DNA of 62,589 nucleotides, the filler included. It is 8 parts of 8 records of this genome, joined end to end, with 100 filler letters (N's around TTAATTAATTAA, not from the genome) between each part and the next. Parts side by side here need not be neighbours in the genome. Positions count along the whole stretch, not along the records: positions 33,416 to 42,228 come from SRR31156797_42241; positions 42,329 to 48,825 come from SRR31156797_42245; positions 48,926 to 55,080 come from SRR31156797_42314; 5 more parts are not named here. The stretch is one strand, 5' to 3'. The position numbers and the translations under genes are program-made. Positions within the stretch are counted from its first letter, which is position 1. Every line of letters starts with the position of its first letter. Positions 40,605 through 50,588 of this stretch are shown in pieces. The notes below the pieces were generated by a model, which saw only the letters and a list, made by a program, of their open reading frames with translations, did no database searches and had not been told where the DNA came from.

Positions 40605-42080
40605 ATGACGGCAGCTAAAAGCAAGATTCTAATTGTAGATGATGAACCTTTAAACGTAGAGCTTCTATCTGTATATCTTGAGGATTCTTATGACATTATA
40701 ATTTCCTACAATGGAAAGGATGCTCTTGAAAAAGTAAAAAGTGAGCATCCGGATCTTATTCTTCTTGATGTTATGATGCCAGATATGAATGGTTACGAAG
40801 TGTGTCGCACTATTCGTAATGATTTTAAGATGGACTTTATACCTGTTATAATGGTAACAGCTCTTACAGACAAAGCAGATCACCAGAGAGGGATGGATGC
40901 CGGAGCTGACGAATTCTTAAAAAAACCCGTAGGAAAGTTTGAGCTGGATAAAAAGATAAGTTCACTTCTGAGAATTAAGGAGCAGCATGATACTCTTCTT
41001 TCAGAAAAAAATAAAGCTTATCAGTATCTTGATTATGTCGGTGTACTTGTAGCAGTACTTGATCCAGATTACCGTATAATTCATGTAAACAAGAAAGGAT
41101 CTGAGTTTCTGGGATACACATATGATAAACTGATGGAAAAAGAATGGATAGAATCTTTCATTCCTCGTAGTTCAGTAGAAGAAGTAAGGAATCATTATGA
41201 TAATCTTGTATCAGGCACAGAACAGGCTTACGAGTATTTTGAATTCCCTATTATCACAAGTACAGGAGAAAAGCACCTTTACAGGTGGTTTGATTCTCCT
41301 TTAACAGATGATTCCGGTAGTTTCATAGGTATTTTAATTTCAGGTGAAGATATAACTGAAAGCAGGGAAGCCGAAAAAAGACTCAAGGAATATGCCCGTG
41401 AACTTAAACGTTCAAGTGACCTTAAGGACCTTTTCACAGACGTGATGAGGCATGATCTTCTTAATCCTGCAGGTCTTATCAAATCATTTGTAAGCTTGCT
41501 TCTTGAAATGGAAAATGATGAAAGGAAGACTCATTTACTTTCAAATGTAAATGTAACGACTGAAAAATTAATTTCCATTATTGAAGGTGCGGCACATCTG
41601 GCGAAACTTGAATCCGTTGACGATATCAGTTTTGTCAGGATCGATATTGCTTCAATGCTGAAGGATACTGCAGATAGTTTTATACATCAGAGCAAGGAAA
41701 AAAACATAGATGTCAAAATTCAGTTGAAGGCCGATGCCTATGCCGTTGCAAATCCCATGATCGAAAGGGTGTTTGTTAACCTCCTTTCCAACTCTATAAA
41801 GTATAGTCCTGAAGGTAGCACAGTAACTATCGATATTAAAAATTATGCCGACAAGTTGAAAATAAGTTTTATTGACCAGGGTGAAGGTATACCTGATTCC
41901 AGCAAGGCTTCAGTTTTTGAACGCTTCAAGCGTCTGCACAAAGAAGATATCAAAGGTACGGGCATAGGTCTTGCTATTGTTAAAAGGATAGTTGACCTGC
42001 ACAAAGAAGAAATAGCAGTTGAAGACAACCCCGAAGGAAAGGGTAGTGTGTTCTGGCTGACCCTCAAAAAAGAAGTCTGA
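40605..42080 (+). CDS. Receiver-PAS-histidine kinase
   Basis: VDDEP, DVMMP, H-box MRHDLLNP, NLLSNSIKY and GTGIGL. Confidence 0.92.
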   Translation: MTAAKSKILIVDDEPLNVELLSVYLEDSYDIIISYNGKDALEKVKSEHPDLILLDVMMPDMNGYEVCRTIRNDFKMDFIPVIMVTALTDKADHQRGMDAGADEFLKKPVGKFELDKKISSLLRIKEQHDTLLSEKNKAYQYLDYVGVLVAVLDPDYRIIHVNKKGSEFLGYTYDKLMEKEWIESFIPRSSVEEVRNHYDNLVSGTEQAYEYFEFPIITSTGEKHLYRWFDSPLTDDSGSFIGILISGEDITESREAEKRLKEYARELKRSSDLKDLFTDVMRHDLLNPAGLIKSFVSLLLEMENDERKTHLLSNVNVTTEKLISIIEGAAHLAKLESVDDISFVRIDIASMLKDTADSFIHQSKEKNIDVKIQLKADAYAVANPMIERVFVNLLSNSIKYSPEGSTVTIDIKNYADKLKISFIDQGEGIPDSSKASVFERFKRLHKEDIKGTGIGLAIVKRIVDLHKEEIAVEDNPEGKGSVFWLTLKKEV

Positions 42081-42228
42081 TACTAAGCCATGTATCTGCT
42101 GGCTTTTTCTTTTCTATTTTTCATCAATCCTATATTTAAACTTAAATTTGAAAGTCACAGCTTATCGAAAAGCAAAACATGAACGCGGGATAAAACTCCA
42201 CAAATTATATATCCTTAACTGCCTAATG

Positions 42229-42328
42229 NNNNNNNNNNNNNNNNNNNNNNNNNNNNNNNNNNNNNNNNNNNNTTAATTAATTAANNNNNNNNNNNNNNNN
42301 NNNNNNNNNNNNNNNNNNNNNNNNNNNN
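42229..42328. other. Artificial contig spacer
   Basis: N-run + TTAATTAATTAA + N-run. Confidence 0.98.
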
Positions 42329-42333
42329 TTGGG

Positions 42334-42480
42334 ACCCACTTTTCTTTATTTTGAAAAGGCACAAAGTTGTTTGACCAAAGGGAGTTCTTTGTGTCTCAAA
42401 ATAAGGAAAATAGTGGGTAAGTGAGTGATGCAGTCGGCGGTCTTTTTTGTTCACCTTTTTTGGCTGTAGAAAAAAGTGAA
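42334..42480. repeat. Palindromic repeat element at contig edge
   Basis: ACCCACTTTTCTTTATTTTGA pairs imperfectly with TCAAAATAAGGAAAATAGTGGGT; second hairpin TTCAC...GTGAA. Confidence 0.6.
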
Positions 42481-42604
42481 AGCCTTTGCGGCTTGAGCAA
42501 AAGATGTTTTTTCTTTTAAAAATTAGAATTGACTAAAAGAAACAGTTTAATTACGAATATACTGTATTCCAAAGCCTATGATTTGCTAATGCTTTTATTT
42601 TGTA

Positions 42605-42632
42605 TATTTTTGCATACTGGTAGGAACCAGTA
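42605..42632 (+). promoter_or_regulatory. Bacteroidota -7 promoter element plus palindromic operator
   Basis: TATTTTTG (TAnnTTTG) followed by TACTGGT-N4-ACCAGTA. Confidence 0.65.
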
Positions 42633-42646
42633 GGTTTTATAGATTT

Positions 42647-43651
42647 ATGGTAAAGAAAATCATTAAAATAACTTCGGAACATTCGCAGGCCAAATACCGT
42701 CAGATCATTCAATCGGTGATTAACTCCATAGCAGAAGGAGTTATCAAAAAGGGAGACAAAGTTCCATCGATTAACGAAATAGCCAATGAGTATAACTTAT
42801 CACGTGATACCGTTATGCTTGCTTTTAATGAGTTAAAGGCCAGAGGTATTCTGGGGGCAGTTCCGGGAAAAGGTTATTTTGTTGAGAGTGATAATATTGG
42901 TATTAAAAACAAAGTACTATTGCTATTTGATGAATTAAATTCCTTTAAGGAAGAGCTGTATAATGCTTTTATCGAAAGCCTGCCGGATGAAACACAAGTA
43001 GATTTGTACTTTCACCATTTTGATATCAATGTCTTTTCATCCTTAATTAGAGAACGAATAGGCAAGTATTCTGCGTATGTGATTATGCCCGCCAATTTAA
43101 AGGATATTCTCCCGATTATTCAGTTATTACCTGCAGATAAGGTATATATTTTAGATAGAAAGCTGGATGAATTAAAGGATTACCCTGTTATTTATCAGTC
43201 GTTTGATGAAGATTTATATAATGGACTAAGTGAAGGCTTAAGGTTTATCGAAAAATACGAGAAAACGATTTTAGTTTATCCGGGAGGGAAGGAGCCAAGA
43301 GGATTTTTAACAGGCTATGAGCGATTTTGTAATGATCATGCTATAACGCCAGTTATATACGATCAGATTAAGGATAAAGAGATTCATAAGGGAGAGGTTT
43401 TTATTTTACCAACAGACCGTATGTTGGTGAATCTGGTAAAAAGATGCTGGGAACAAGGGCTTAAAATAGGAAAAGATGTAGGTATTATCTCCATTAATGA
43501 GTCCGCATTAAAAGAAGTGGTGGCCAACGGTATTTCAACGATATCAACTGATTTTAAAATGATGGGAAAAACACTGGCCGATTTTGTAGAGAATAAAAGA
43601 TCGGGCGAAGTAAAAAATATTTCCCGCTTTAAACAGCGACAATCATTGTAG
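42647..43651 (+). CDS. GntR-family regulator with periplasmic-binding-protein-like C-terminal domain
   Basis: GDKVPSINE, SRDTV and PGKGYFV; DVGIISINE and ISTISTDF. Confidence 0.9.
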   Translation: MVKKIIKITSEHSQAKYRQIIQSVINSIAEGVIKKGDKVPSINEIANEYNLSRDTVMLAFNELKARGILGAVPGKGYFVESDNIGIKNKVLLLFDELNSFKEELYNAFIESLPDETQVDLYFHHFDINVFSSLIRERIGKYSAYVIMPANLKDILPIIQLLPADKVYILDRKLDELKDYPVIYQSFDEDLYNGLSEGLRFIEKYEKTILVYPGGKEPRGFLTGYERFCNDHAITPVIYDQIKDKEIHKGEVFILPTDRMLVNLVKRCWEQGLKIGKDVGIISINESALKEVVANGISTISTDFKMMGKTLADFVENKRSGEVKNISRFKQRQSL

Positions 43652-43751
43652 CTGTTATCATTTGCAAAGTAGGAAGTTACCGTATTTACATTTCTATATT
43701 CCATTAAGTATAAAAGATAGAAGGTTTGCTTTGTGGTAATAAAAAATATTG

Positions 43752-43779
43752 TAAATTTGCCTACCAGTACCTACTAGTT
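43752..43779 (+). promoter_or_regulatory. galT promoter -7 element plus second operator copy
   Basis: TAAATTTG then CCTACCAGTACCTACTAGT, whose reverse complement resembles the site at 42616. Confidence 0.55.
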
Positions 43780-43850
43780 TGGGTGCGACTGAAGAATTTG
43801 ATCATAACGTTAGTTTCATATAACACTAATTGCAACTAAAAAAGAATAAA

Positions 43851-44894
43851 ATGGCGCAATTTAACATGGAGGATCATCCTCATAAAAGATTAAATGTACT
43901 TACCGGAGAATGGGTTTTGGTTTCTCCACACAGAGCAAAACGTCCATGGCAAGGACAGGTAGAAAAAGTGTCTGAGGAAAAAAGACCTGAATACGACCCT
44001 AAATGTTATTTGTGTCCGGGAAATGAACGTATTGGAGGGCATTTAAATCCTAAATATGATGAGCCTTATGTGTTTGTAAATGATTTTTCTGCGTTGTTAA
44101 AGGATACACCGGAAGGTGGCGTAGATGAAGGATTATTTCAGGCAAGAAGCGAAAGTGGAATCTGTAAAGTAATTTGTTTTTCTCCACGTCACGATTTAAC
44201 GGTTCCTGAAATGGAAGTGTCGGAAATTAAGAAAGTAGTGGATTTATGGACTTCAGAATATAAGTCTATTGGCGAAAATGACTTTGTTAACTACGTACAA
44301 ATATTTGAGAATAAAGGAAGTGTGATGGGATGTAGTAATCCGCATCCACATGGACAGATATGGTCGAACAGTACCATTCCAAATGAGCCCGCTAAAAAGC
44401 AGGTAAAGATGAAGGAGTACTACGAGAAGAACGGGAAGAGTTTACTTGGTGATTATATAGCAGCTGAGTTAGAGAAGAAAGAGCGTATTCTTTTCGAAAA
44501 CGATCACTTTGTAGGTTTGGTGCCTTACTGGGCTGTGTGGCCATTTGAGGCAATGATTGTGAGTAAGCGTCATGTATCAAGCCTATTAGAATTAACAGAA
44601 GAGGAAAAAGAATCATTTGCAGCTGCTTATAAAGAGTTAACAGTGATGTATGATAACCTGTTTGAGGTTTCTTTCCCTTATTCGGCTGGTATACATCAGG
44701 CACCAACCGATGGAGAAGAGCATCCTGAGTGGCATTTGCATATGAGTTTTTATCCACCATTGTTGCGTTCGGCAACAGTGAAGAAGTTTATGGTAGGATA
44801 TGAAATGTTGGGAACACCTCAGCGTGACATTACTGCCGAAACTAGTGCACAAAGGCTTCGTGACCTGCCTAAGGTTCATTATAAGCACAGGTAG
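43851..44894 (+). CDS. galT: Galactose-1-phosphate uridylyltransferase
   Basis: [28 protein letters not shown] and KFMVGYE. Confidence 0.96.
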   Translation: MAQFNMEDHPHKRLNVLTGEWVLVSPHRAKRPWQGQVEKVSEEKRPEYDPKCYLCPGNERIGGHLNPKYDEPYVFVNDFSALLKDTPEGGVDEGLFQARSESGICKVICFSPRHDLTVPEMEVSEIKKVVDLWTSEYKSIGENDFVNYVQIFENKGSVMGCSNPHPHGQIWSNSTIPNEPAKKQVKMKEYYEKNGKSLLGDYIAAELEKKERILFENDHFVGLVPYWAVWPFEAMIVSKRHVSSLLELTEEEKESFAAAYKELTVMYDNLFEVSFPYSAGIHQAPTDGEEHPEWHLHMSFYPPLLRSATVKKFMVGYEMLGTPQRDITAETSAQRLRDLPKVHYKHR

Positions 44895-44914
44895 TTTTTT
44901 GGTTTTAGAGTAAG

Positions 44915-44948
44915 AGAGGTTACTGTGGTAGGTAACCTCTTTTTTTTG
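44915..44948 (+). terminator. Intrinsic terminator of galT
   Basis: AGAGGTTAC/GTAACCTCT followed by a long T run. Confidence 0.85.
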
Positions 44949-44978
44949 CTTTAAATGTTTTCTTTTTTAAAACAGATT

Positions 44979-47072
44979 CTATCTAATAATTATTTTCTTA
45001 ACGTATTCGCCTGAAGAAGTTATAATTTTTAAAAAGTAAAATCCTCCGTTTATATCTTGCACATCGATAACCGGTTGGTTTTTAAGTTCCTTTATCACTT
45101 GTCCGGTTTGCGAGATAAGTTGCATGCCAAGAATTTCTTTAGTGCAATCAATTCTAACCACATCATTAGCCGGATTTGGATAAACGACTATTTCATTATT
45201 CTCTTTTTCTGGTGATTTTAATGCTGTACTAATGAGTGGTGTGTATTGTTCCGAAATAAAGGAGCAAATATCATTATAAGCATATAAGGCATAGGTATCA
45301 TTGGTTTGAGGCATTTCAAAAATTGTTGATGTTTCGGTAGATAAATACTCAATGTTATTATCATTTGTGAATTTTACCCACATATAACTAAAATCACCAG
45401 TATTATTTAAACTTAATGTATTCCCTTCCTGGCTAATATTTAAAACAAAGTCGCAATAACTTATACGAACCATTCCATCGGCTCCATTGGTGTTTACGTA
45501 ACCGCTTCCATTTCCACCACTCCCTCCACCTCCGTAGTTTGAAGGTGCTATAGAAGGGTTAGAGTTAGCATACCCATGAAGGCAATTATAGTAACCAGCA
45601 CCTTTACCACCGCTACCTCCCGGAAAACCACCAGATTCTCCCGCAGATCCACCTTCATGTGAACAACCGTCGGGATCATATGGATGCGTATCTCCGCCAT
45701 TGTTACCATTTCCAAATCGCCCGGCTGCGCCACCGCCACCGCCGCCATAATATGTCCAGTAGCCTTTACCACCATCACCTCCTGTAAAGTTAGCAATATT
45801 ACCATTGCTTCCGGTTCCTCCAACACCCACTAATCCATAACCATCATCATCCCTGCTATAGCTTGAGTTGGTTCCAGAACTTGCAGATAACAAACCAAGC
45901 ACCTGTGTAATCTCATTTTGACCTGCCTCAGCTACCTCAATAGATAGAGATTGATTTAATGTAAGTGTGTAAATACCTGAGGCATATCCACCACCTCCAC
46001 CACCAGACAGTCCATTGGATCTTCCATTTCCTCCTCCACCAACAACTTCTATATAAGCATTGTTAGTTATGGTGTTAAGATGTTCGTAGTTGCCTGAAGT
46101 CTCGTAAATAGCTGCACCAATGGATTCTGAATTATTGGCTATATCCTCAAATGTATAAGTATAGAAAGCGGATGTGCGGGTAATACCATTGTGTGTTAAC
46201 TCTACCGCATAGTTTCCTGGTTGCGTAACCATAAAACTTCGGTTAGTTTCTCCTGCTATAGGGTTATTATCTTCATCAATCCATTGATAGCTTGATTCTG
46301 CATCATTGGCATGTAAAGTTAAACCGATAGGGGTAAGGCCATTGATTAACGAAGCTGTTGATATTCTTACATAACCGTTAGCTCCGGTGGTGCTTGCGTA
46401 ACCACTTCCATTTCCACCACTTCCACCACCACCATAATTAATAGGGTCAGTAGATGGATTAGAGTTAGCATACCCATGAAGGCAATTGTAATAACCGGCA
46501 CCTTTACCGCCGTTTCCTCCAGGAAAACCTCCCGATTCTCCGGCAGCACCCCCTTCATGTGAGCAACCATCAGGATCGTAGGGGTGTGTATCTCCACCAT
46601 TTTTACCATTTCCATCAGGTCCGGCAGCTCCACCGCCACCGCCACCATAATAGGTCCAATAGCCTTTGCCGCCATCACCACCAGTGTAGTTTGCAATATT
46701 ACCATTACTTCCGGTTCCACCAGTTCCAACAATACCATAACCATCATCGTCTCTTGAATAACTGGCATTGGTTCCTGAGCTGGCTGAAATTAAGTCAGCA
46801 ACACTTGTTATTTCGCTAGAACCTGCATTAGCCACTGTTACAGTAAGTGTTTGGCCAGGAATAACGGTATATTTTCCCAGTGCATAACCGCCACCTCCGC
46901 CACCTGATAAACCATTGGATCTGCCGTTCCCTCCGGCACCAACAACTTCAATCCAAATGCTTGTTATGCCATCAGGTACTGTATATTGTCCATCACTAAA
47001 AAAAGTAACTTCCTGGCTGAATATAAATTGACTAAGTAATAATAGTGTTATGAGTTGTGCGATTGTCTTCAT
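44979..47072 (-). CDS. T9SS-secreted protein with two glycine-rich domains
   Basis: Signal peptide; C-terminal VYPNPAND and GFYFLKI..KKIII sorting domain; internal duplication. Confidence 0.88.
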   Translation of the reverse strand: MKTIAQLITLLLLSQFIFSQEVTFFSDGQYTVPDGITSIWIEVVGAGGNGRSNGLSGGGGGGYALGKYTVIPGQTLTVTVANAGSSEITSVADLISASSGTNASYSRDDDGYGIVGTGGTGSNGNIANYTGGDGGKGYWTYYGGGGGGAAGPDGNGKNGGDTHPYDPDGCSHEGGAAGESGGFPGGNGGKGAGYYNCLHGYANSNPSTDPINYGGGGSGGNGSGYASTTGANGYVRISTASLINGLTPIGLTLHANDAESSYQWIDEDNNPIAGETNRSFMVTQPGNYAVELTHNGITRTSAFYTYTFEDIANNSESIGAAIYETSGNYEHLNTITNNAYIEVVGGGGNGRSNGLSGGGGGGYASGIYTLTLNQSLSIEVAEAGQNEITQVLGLLSASSGTNSSYSRDDDGYGLVGVGGTGSNGNIANFTGGDGGKGYWTYYGGGGGGAAGRFGNGNNGGDTHPYDPDGCSHEGGSAGESGGFPGGSGGKGAGYYNCLHGYANSNPSIAPSNYGGGGSGGNGSGYVNTNGADGMVRISYCDFVLNISQEGNTLSLNNTGDFSYMWVKFTNDNNIEYLSTETSTIFEMPQTNDTYALYAYNDICSFISEQYTPLISTALKSPEKENNEIVVYPNPANDVVRIDCTKEILGMQLISQTGQVIKELKNQPVIDVQDINGGFYFLKIITSSGEYVKKIIIR

Positions 47073-47254
47073 TTTTAAAAGAGTTAGTTTTTAGTTATTG
47101 TTAGTTTAACGGCGGCAAAAATACATTTTACTATACCGAACGCAAAATTTTTTTTTGTTAAAAAAAATCTGCAAAATCATAAAGTGTGTTCGCACAAAAG
47201 TAATTTTTTGGATAATTGTAGTGTGTTTATATTCAATTGAGAGCATTTAGTGTT

Positions 47255-47304
47255 AAACAAAAGCCGAAGTAGAAAAGAAATTCAACTCCGGCTTTTGTTT
47301 TTTT
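47255..47304. terminator. Terminator-like hairpin
   Basis: AAACAAAAGCCG...CGGCTTTTGTTT. Confidence 0.65.
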
Positions 47305-47324
47305 ATTTCAATAATTATGAACAA

Positions 47325-47612
47325 TGTGAATCAAGGGTTGAATTTAAAGTAAAAAAATGAGTTAATTATCTGAATACTAAGACTTTGAATTTGTTTAAAT
47401 CCTTGAATATCAGTATCTTGCAATAGTTTCTCACGCTGTTGAAAGTATGATTTCCAAGGATAAAGACCACAATTTAATAAGAATATACGAGTTAGTCTGT
47501 GACTATTATACAAAGAGCTGGCAAAGTTAGATCTACTAAAGGTTTGATAGTTCATGCATTTGGAAAGCTTTCTGCGGCATTTTTAAACTATACTTTTAAC
47601 CCTTGATTCACA
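47325..47612. mobile_element. MITE / internally deleted IS, 288 bp
   Basis: Perfect 15-bp TIRs TGTGAATCAAGGGTT and AACCCTTGATTCACA; TGAACAA duplicated at 47318-47324 and 47613-47619. Confidence 0.85.
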
Positions 47613-47626
47613 TGAACAACTATCAT

Positions 47627-48280
47627 TTAACTCTTGACTTTTTTGCCCAGGCTTTCTAACAGCTGAGGAGAATCTTCGAATGCAATTTTGGCAATGGCAA
47701 AGAAGTCTCGCATCCATTTATCCAACTTTTTCATTGCTTGATCTTTCGATTTTGTGGCAGACTGTGATTTTCCTCTTAAATCTAAATAGACTTTGCGTAA
47801 GGTTTTTACCTCGGCATGTAATGCAGTTGCCGTACTAATATCATCCTGACTCACTTTAAAACCGAGTAATTGATTTTTAGCCGTCTCATTTGTATTCAGT
47901 TCGTTATAAAATAGCTCAATGGAGTTCATCAGGCTTAAATAGTCCTTAGGTATAGCATGAACTAAATCAAGTTTCATCATAAGTTCGTAATCTTCTTTAA
48001 ATATTACTTTGCTCTTCTTGCGATGGGCACGATAATAAGTTTTCAAATCTGTTAATTTTGCATCGAATTTTTTATGTGCAATCAATGTCTCCCTATTTTC
48101 TTTTTCATTATAGTGATAGGCATCAGAAGCACTCTGTACTATATTTTTACCTACGTCAATTTGTTCGCCACCTATACCAACTTCACTCATTAATGAAGCA
48201 ATTTGTGTATTTGAAACTACATTTTTCAATGCAATTTGGCCTTGCTCAATAGTGGCCAGTTCGGTTCTTTGTTTTGTCAT
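47627..48280 (-). CDS. Helical hypothetical protein
   Basis: 217-aa ORF ending LDKWMRDFFAIAKIAFEDSPQLLESLG. Confidence 0.8.
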   Translation of the reverse strand: MTKQRTELATIEQGQIALKNVVSNTQIASLMSEVGIGGEQIDVGKNIVQSASDAYHYNEKENRETLIAHKKFDAKLTDLKTYYRAHRKKSKVIFKEDYELMMKLDLVHAIPKDYLSLMNSIELFYNELNTNETAKNQLLGFKVSQDDISTATALHAEVKTLRKVYLDLRGKSQSATKSKDQAMKKLDKWMRDFFAIAKIAFEDSPQLLESLGKKVKS

Positions 48281-48825
48281 AATAAACGGTTTAAAAATTT
48301 GAATAAAACTTTGAATTATTCAATAAGTTAACCGGATATTATGCGTTTGTCAATAGCTGAAATTATAAAAATGAAGATATTATTGTATTTTGTTAATGAA
48401 TTATATAAAAGTTCAGGAGTTGATTAATTTCAAATAATAAAGAAATCATATCCTTATTCAGTTGAAAATAAATAAAAGACTGAAATTTAGATGTATTTCA
48501 AAACTATAATAGATACTGATAGCGTTGCATCTTTATTTAAGGTAAAGGAAAATTAATGGCAATGATCTGGAGATAAGAGAAAATGACTTGATTATTTTGG
48601 ATGATGACTTATTTATGCTGTTGTATGATTGAAAATACTTTTGTTTGACTTGAGTATTTTGAAAGATGACATTACGATAAAAACAAGTGACATGAATGTT
48701 TAGTACTATGTCTTCAGTATAAAACTCAAAGGCTAGCTATAAAATATTAAGATTTCGATATTTTATCATTATGAACAGGTTAAACAACACAATTGAAATA
48801 ATATGCAACTCCGCTGGAGTTGTAA

Positions 48826-48925
48826 NNNNNNNNNNNNNNNNNNNNNNNNNNNNNNNNNNNNNNNNNNNNTTAATTAATTAANNNNNNNNNNNNNNNNNNN
48901 NNNNNNNNNNNNNNNNNNNNNNNNN
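48826..48925. other. Artificial contig spacer
   Basis: N-run + TTAATTAATTAA + N-run. Confidence 0.98.
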
Positions 48926-49135
48926 TCCCACGGCCTAGAGCATATTCAACCGAATTGTTCACCCTGAAAAATGAAACCAACACATTCAATTTTCTCTATG
49001 ATGTCGTTTTTATACGATATTTGGTCTTTTACATTCTATCCACTTTTCAAGACATGGGGTAGTATGCCTATCATTGAAGGGATCTGGGTCAAATGCGTGA
49101 ACTAAAATAACACTTTTTTTTAAAGAGGAGAGGAT

Positions 49136-50563
49136 ATGGGAATACCAGCCAAAAGAAATATTGAATTCAGCATCTTGTCAAAGGATAAAATTGACCAGAT
49201 CCATGAAGCCACCATTTATCTTATGGAAAATGTTGGCATGCGGGTCGGCGGCGACAGGGGGCTTGAACTCCTGGCACAAGCCGGCTGCCCGGCAGATGAG
49301 AACCAGATGGTTAAAATTCCCAGAGCCATGGTTGAGCAGGCCTTGGAATCCGTACCCAAAACCCTGAATCTCTACAACAGGGACGGTGATCTGACCATGT
49401 CCATTGACCGGAGCAACCCGGTGTTTTTCGGAACCCATGCCGATCAGCTGGAGTATGTGGATCCTGATACCGGGGCGGTCAGGGATTTTTTGAAAAAAGA
49501 CACAAAAACCATGTGTACCCTTGCCGACGGTTTAGACAATATTGATTTCATTTTGAGCGTTGGCATGTCCAAGGACGTCAACCCAGCCATCCAAACTCAG
49601 ATTTCATTCATCGAAACGGTGAAGCACTTCAGCAAAACCATAAATTTTTCCACCAATGACATTGACTCCCTCCAGGAGGTGATTGATATTGCCGCACTGG
49701 TGGCGGGCGGGCTGGAAAAATTGCAGGAGAAGCCTTTTATTTTCAACTACTGCGAACCCATTCCCCCCATGACCCATCCTGAAGAAAGCACTGAAAAACT
49801 GATTATCAGTGCCCTGAACAAAATTCCTGTTGTTTACATGCCCTATTGCATGATGGGCGGAACCGCTCCCATGAGTTTCAGTGCGACCCTGGCCCAGTGT
49901 AATGCCGAGGCTTTGGGCGGTCTTGTGGTCCATCAGCTGGCCAACCCAGGCGCGCCTTTTATATACGGTGCCATGCCCTCCATCATGGATATGCAGTCTA
50001 CCATCGGCAGCTACGGGGCTGTGGAATTTCATTTGATGATTGCCGCGGCCTCGGAACTTGTTGACTCCTATGGTCTTCCCTTTTTCGGCACCGCAGGCTG
50101 TACCGATGCCAAATTCCTGGATGAACAGGCTGCTTCCGAAGCCACCATGGAAATTTTTTCCACCCTGCTGTCCAAGGCCAATCTCATCCATGATGTAGGC
50201 GTATCAGACCATTGCAACTCCGTGAACCCGGCCCTGGTAGTCCTCTGCGACGAAATCATTGAAAACCTGAAGCATTACACCAGGGGCGTGGATCTGGAAT
50301 CCAATGATATCATCACCGAACTCATTGAAAATGCAGGGCCTGGCGGTGCATACCTCACCCTTCCCCATACCATGCAGAATTTTAAATCCATATTCTATCC
50401 CGAGCTTTTCAGCAGAAAGATGAAAAACCCTGATTTTTCCGAAGTGGGTGGAAAGATAAAAGCAAAAATCGACCGTATTCTGGAAACCCACAAGGTTGCC
50501 TCGTTATCCCAGGCGGTTTTGGCCGAACTGGACCGGATTACCGCTGAACTGGAAGCTAGATAA
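49136..50563 (+). CDS. MttB-superfamily (non-pyrrolysine) corrinoid methyltransferase
   Basis: QIHEAT, GGTAPMS, QLANPGAPFIYG and GPGGAYL; no in-frame amber. Confidence 0.88.
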   Translation: MGIPAKRNIEFSILSKDKIDQIHEATIYLMENVGMRVGGDRGLELLAQAGCPADENQMVKIPRAMVEQALESVPKTLNLYNRDGDLTMSIDRSNPVFFGTHADQLEYVDPDTGAVRDFLKKDTKTMCTLADGLDNIDFILSVGMSKDVNPAIQTQISFIETVKHFSKTINFSTNDIDSLQEVIDIAALVAGGLEKLQEKPFIFNYCEPIPPMTHPEESTEKLIISALNKIPVVYMPYCMMGGTAPMSFSATLAQCNAEALGGLVVHQLANPGAPFIYGAMPSIMDMQSTIGSYGAVEFHLMIAAASELVDSYGLPFFGTAGCTDAKFLDEQAASEATMEIFSTLLSKANLIHDVGVSDHCNSVNPALVVLCDEIIENLKHYTRGVDLESNDIITELIENAGPGGAYLTLPHTMQNFKSIFYPELFSRKMKNPDFSEVGGKIKAKIDRILETHKVASLSQAVLAELDRITAELEAR

Positions 50564-50588
50564 TTCAGGATCACATCAGGGATAGAAT

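Noticed and set aside
45460-46955. Diversity-generating retroelement TR/VR pair
   Set aside because: Both copies are in frame within one CDS, differences are mostly synonymous rather than adenine-specific, and no reverse transcriptase is present.
48804-48824. REP-like hairpin CAACTCC-GCT-GGAGTTG at contig end
   Set aside because: Single copy cut by the contig edge; cannot be established as a repeat.
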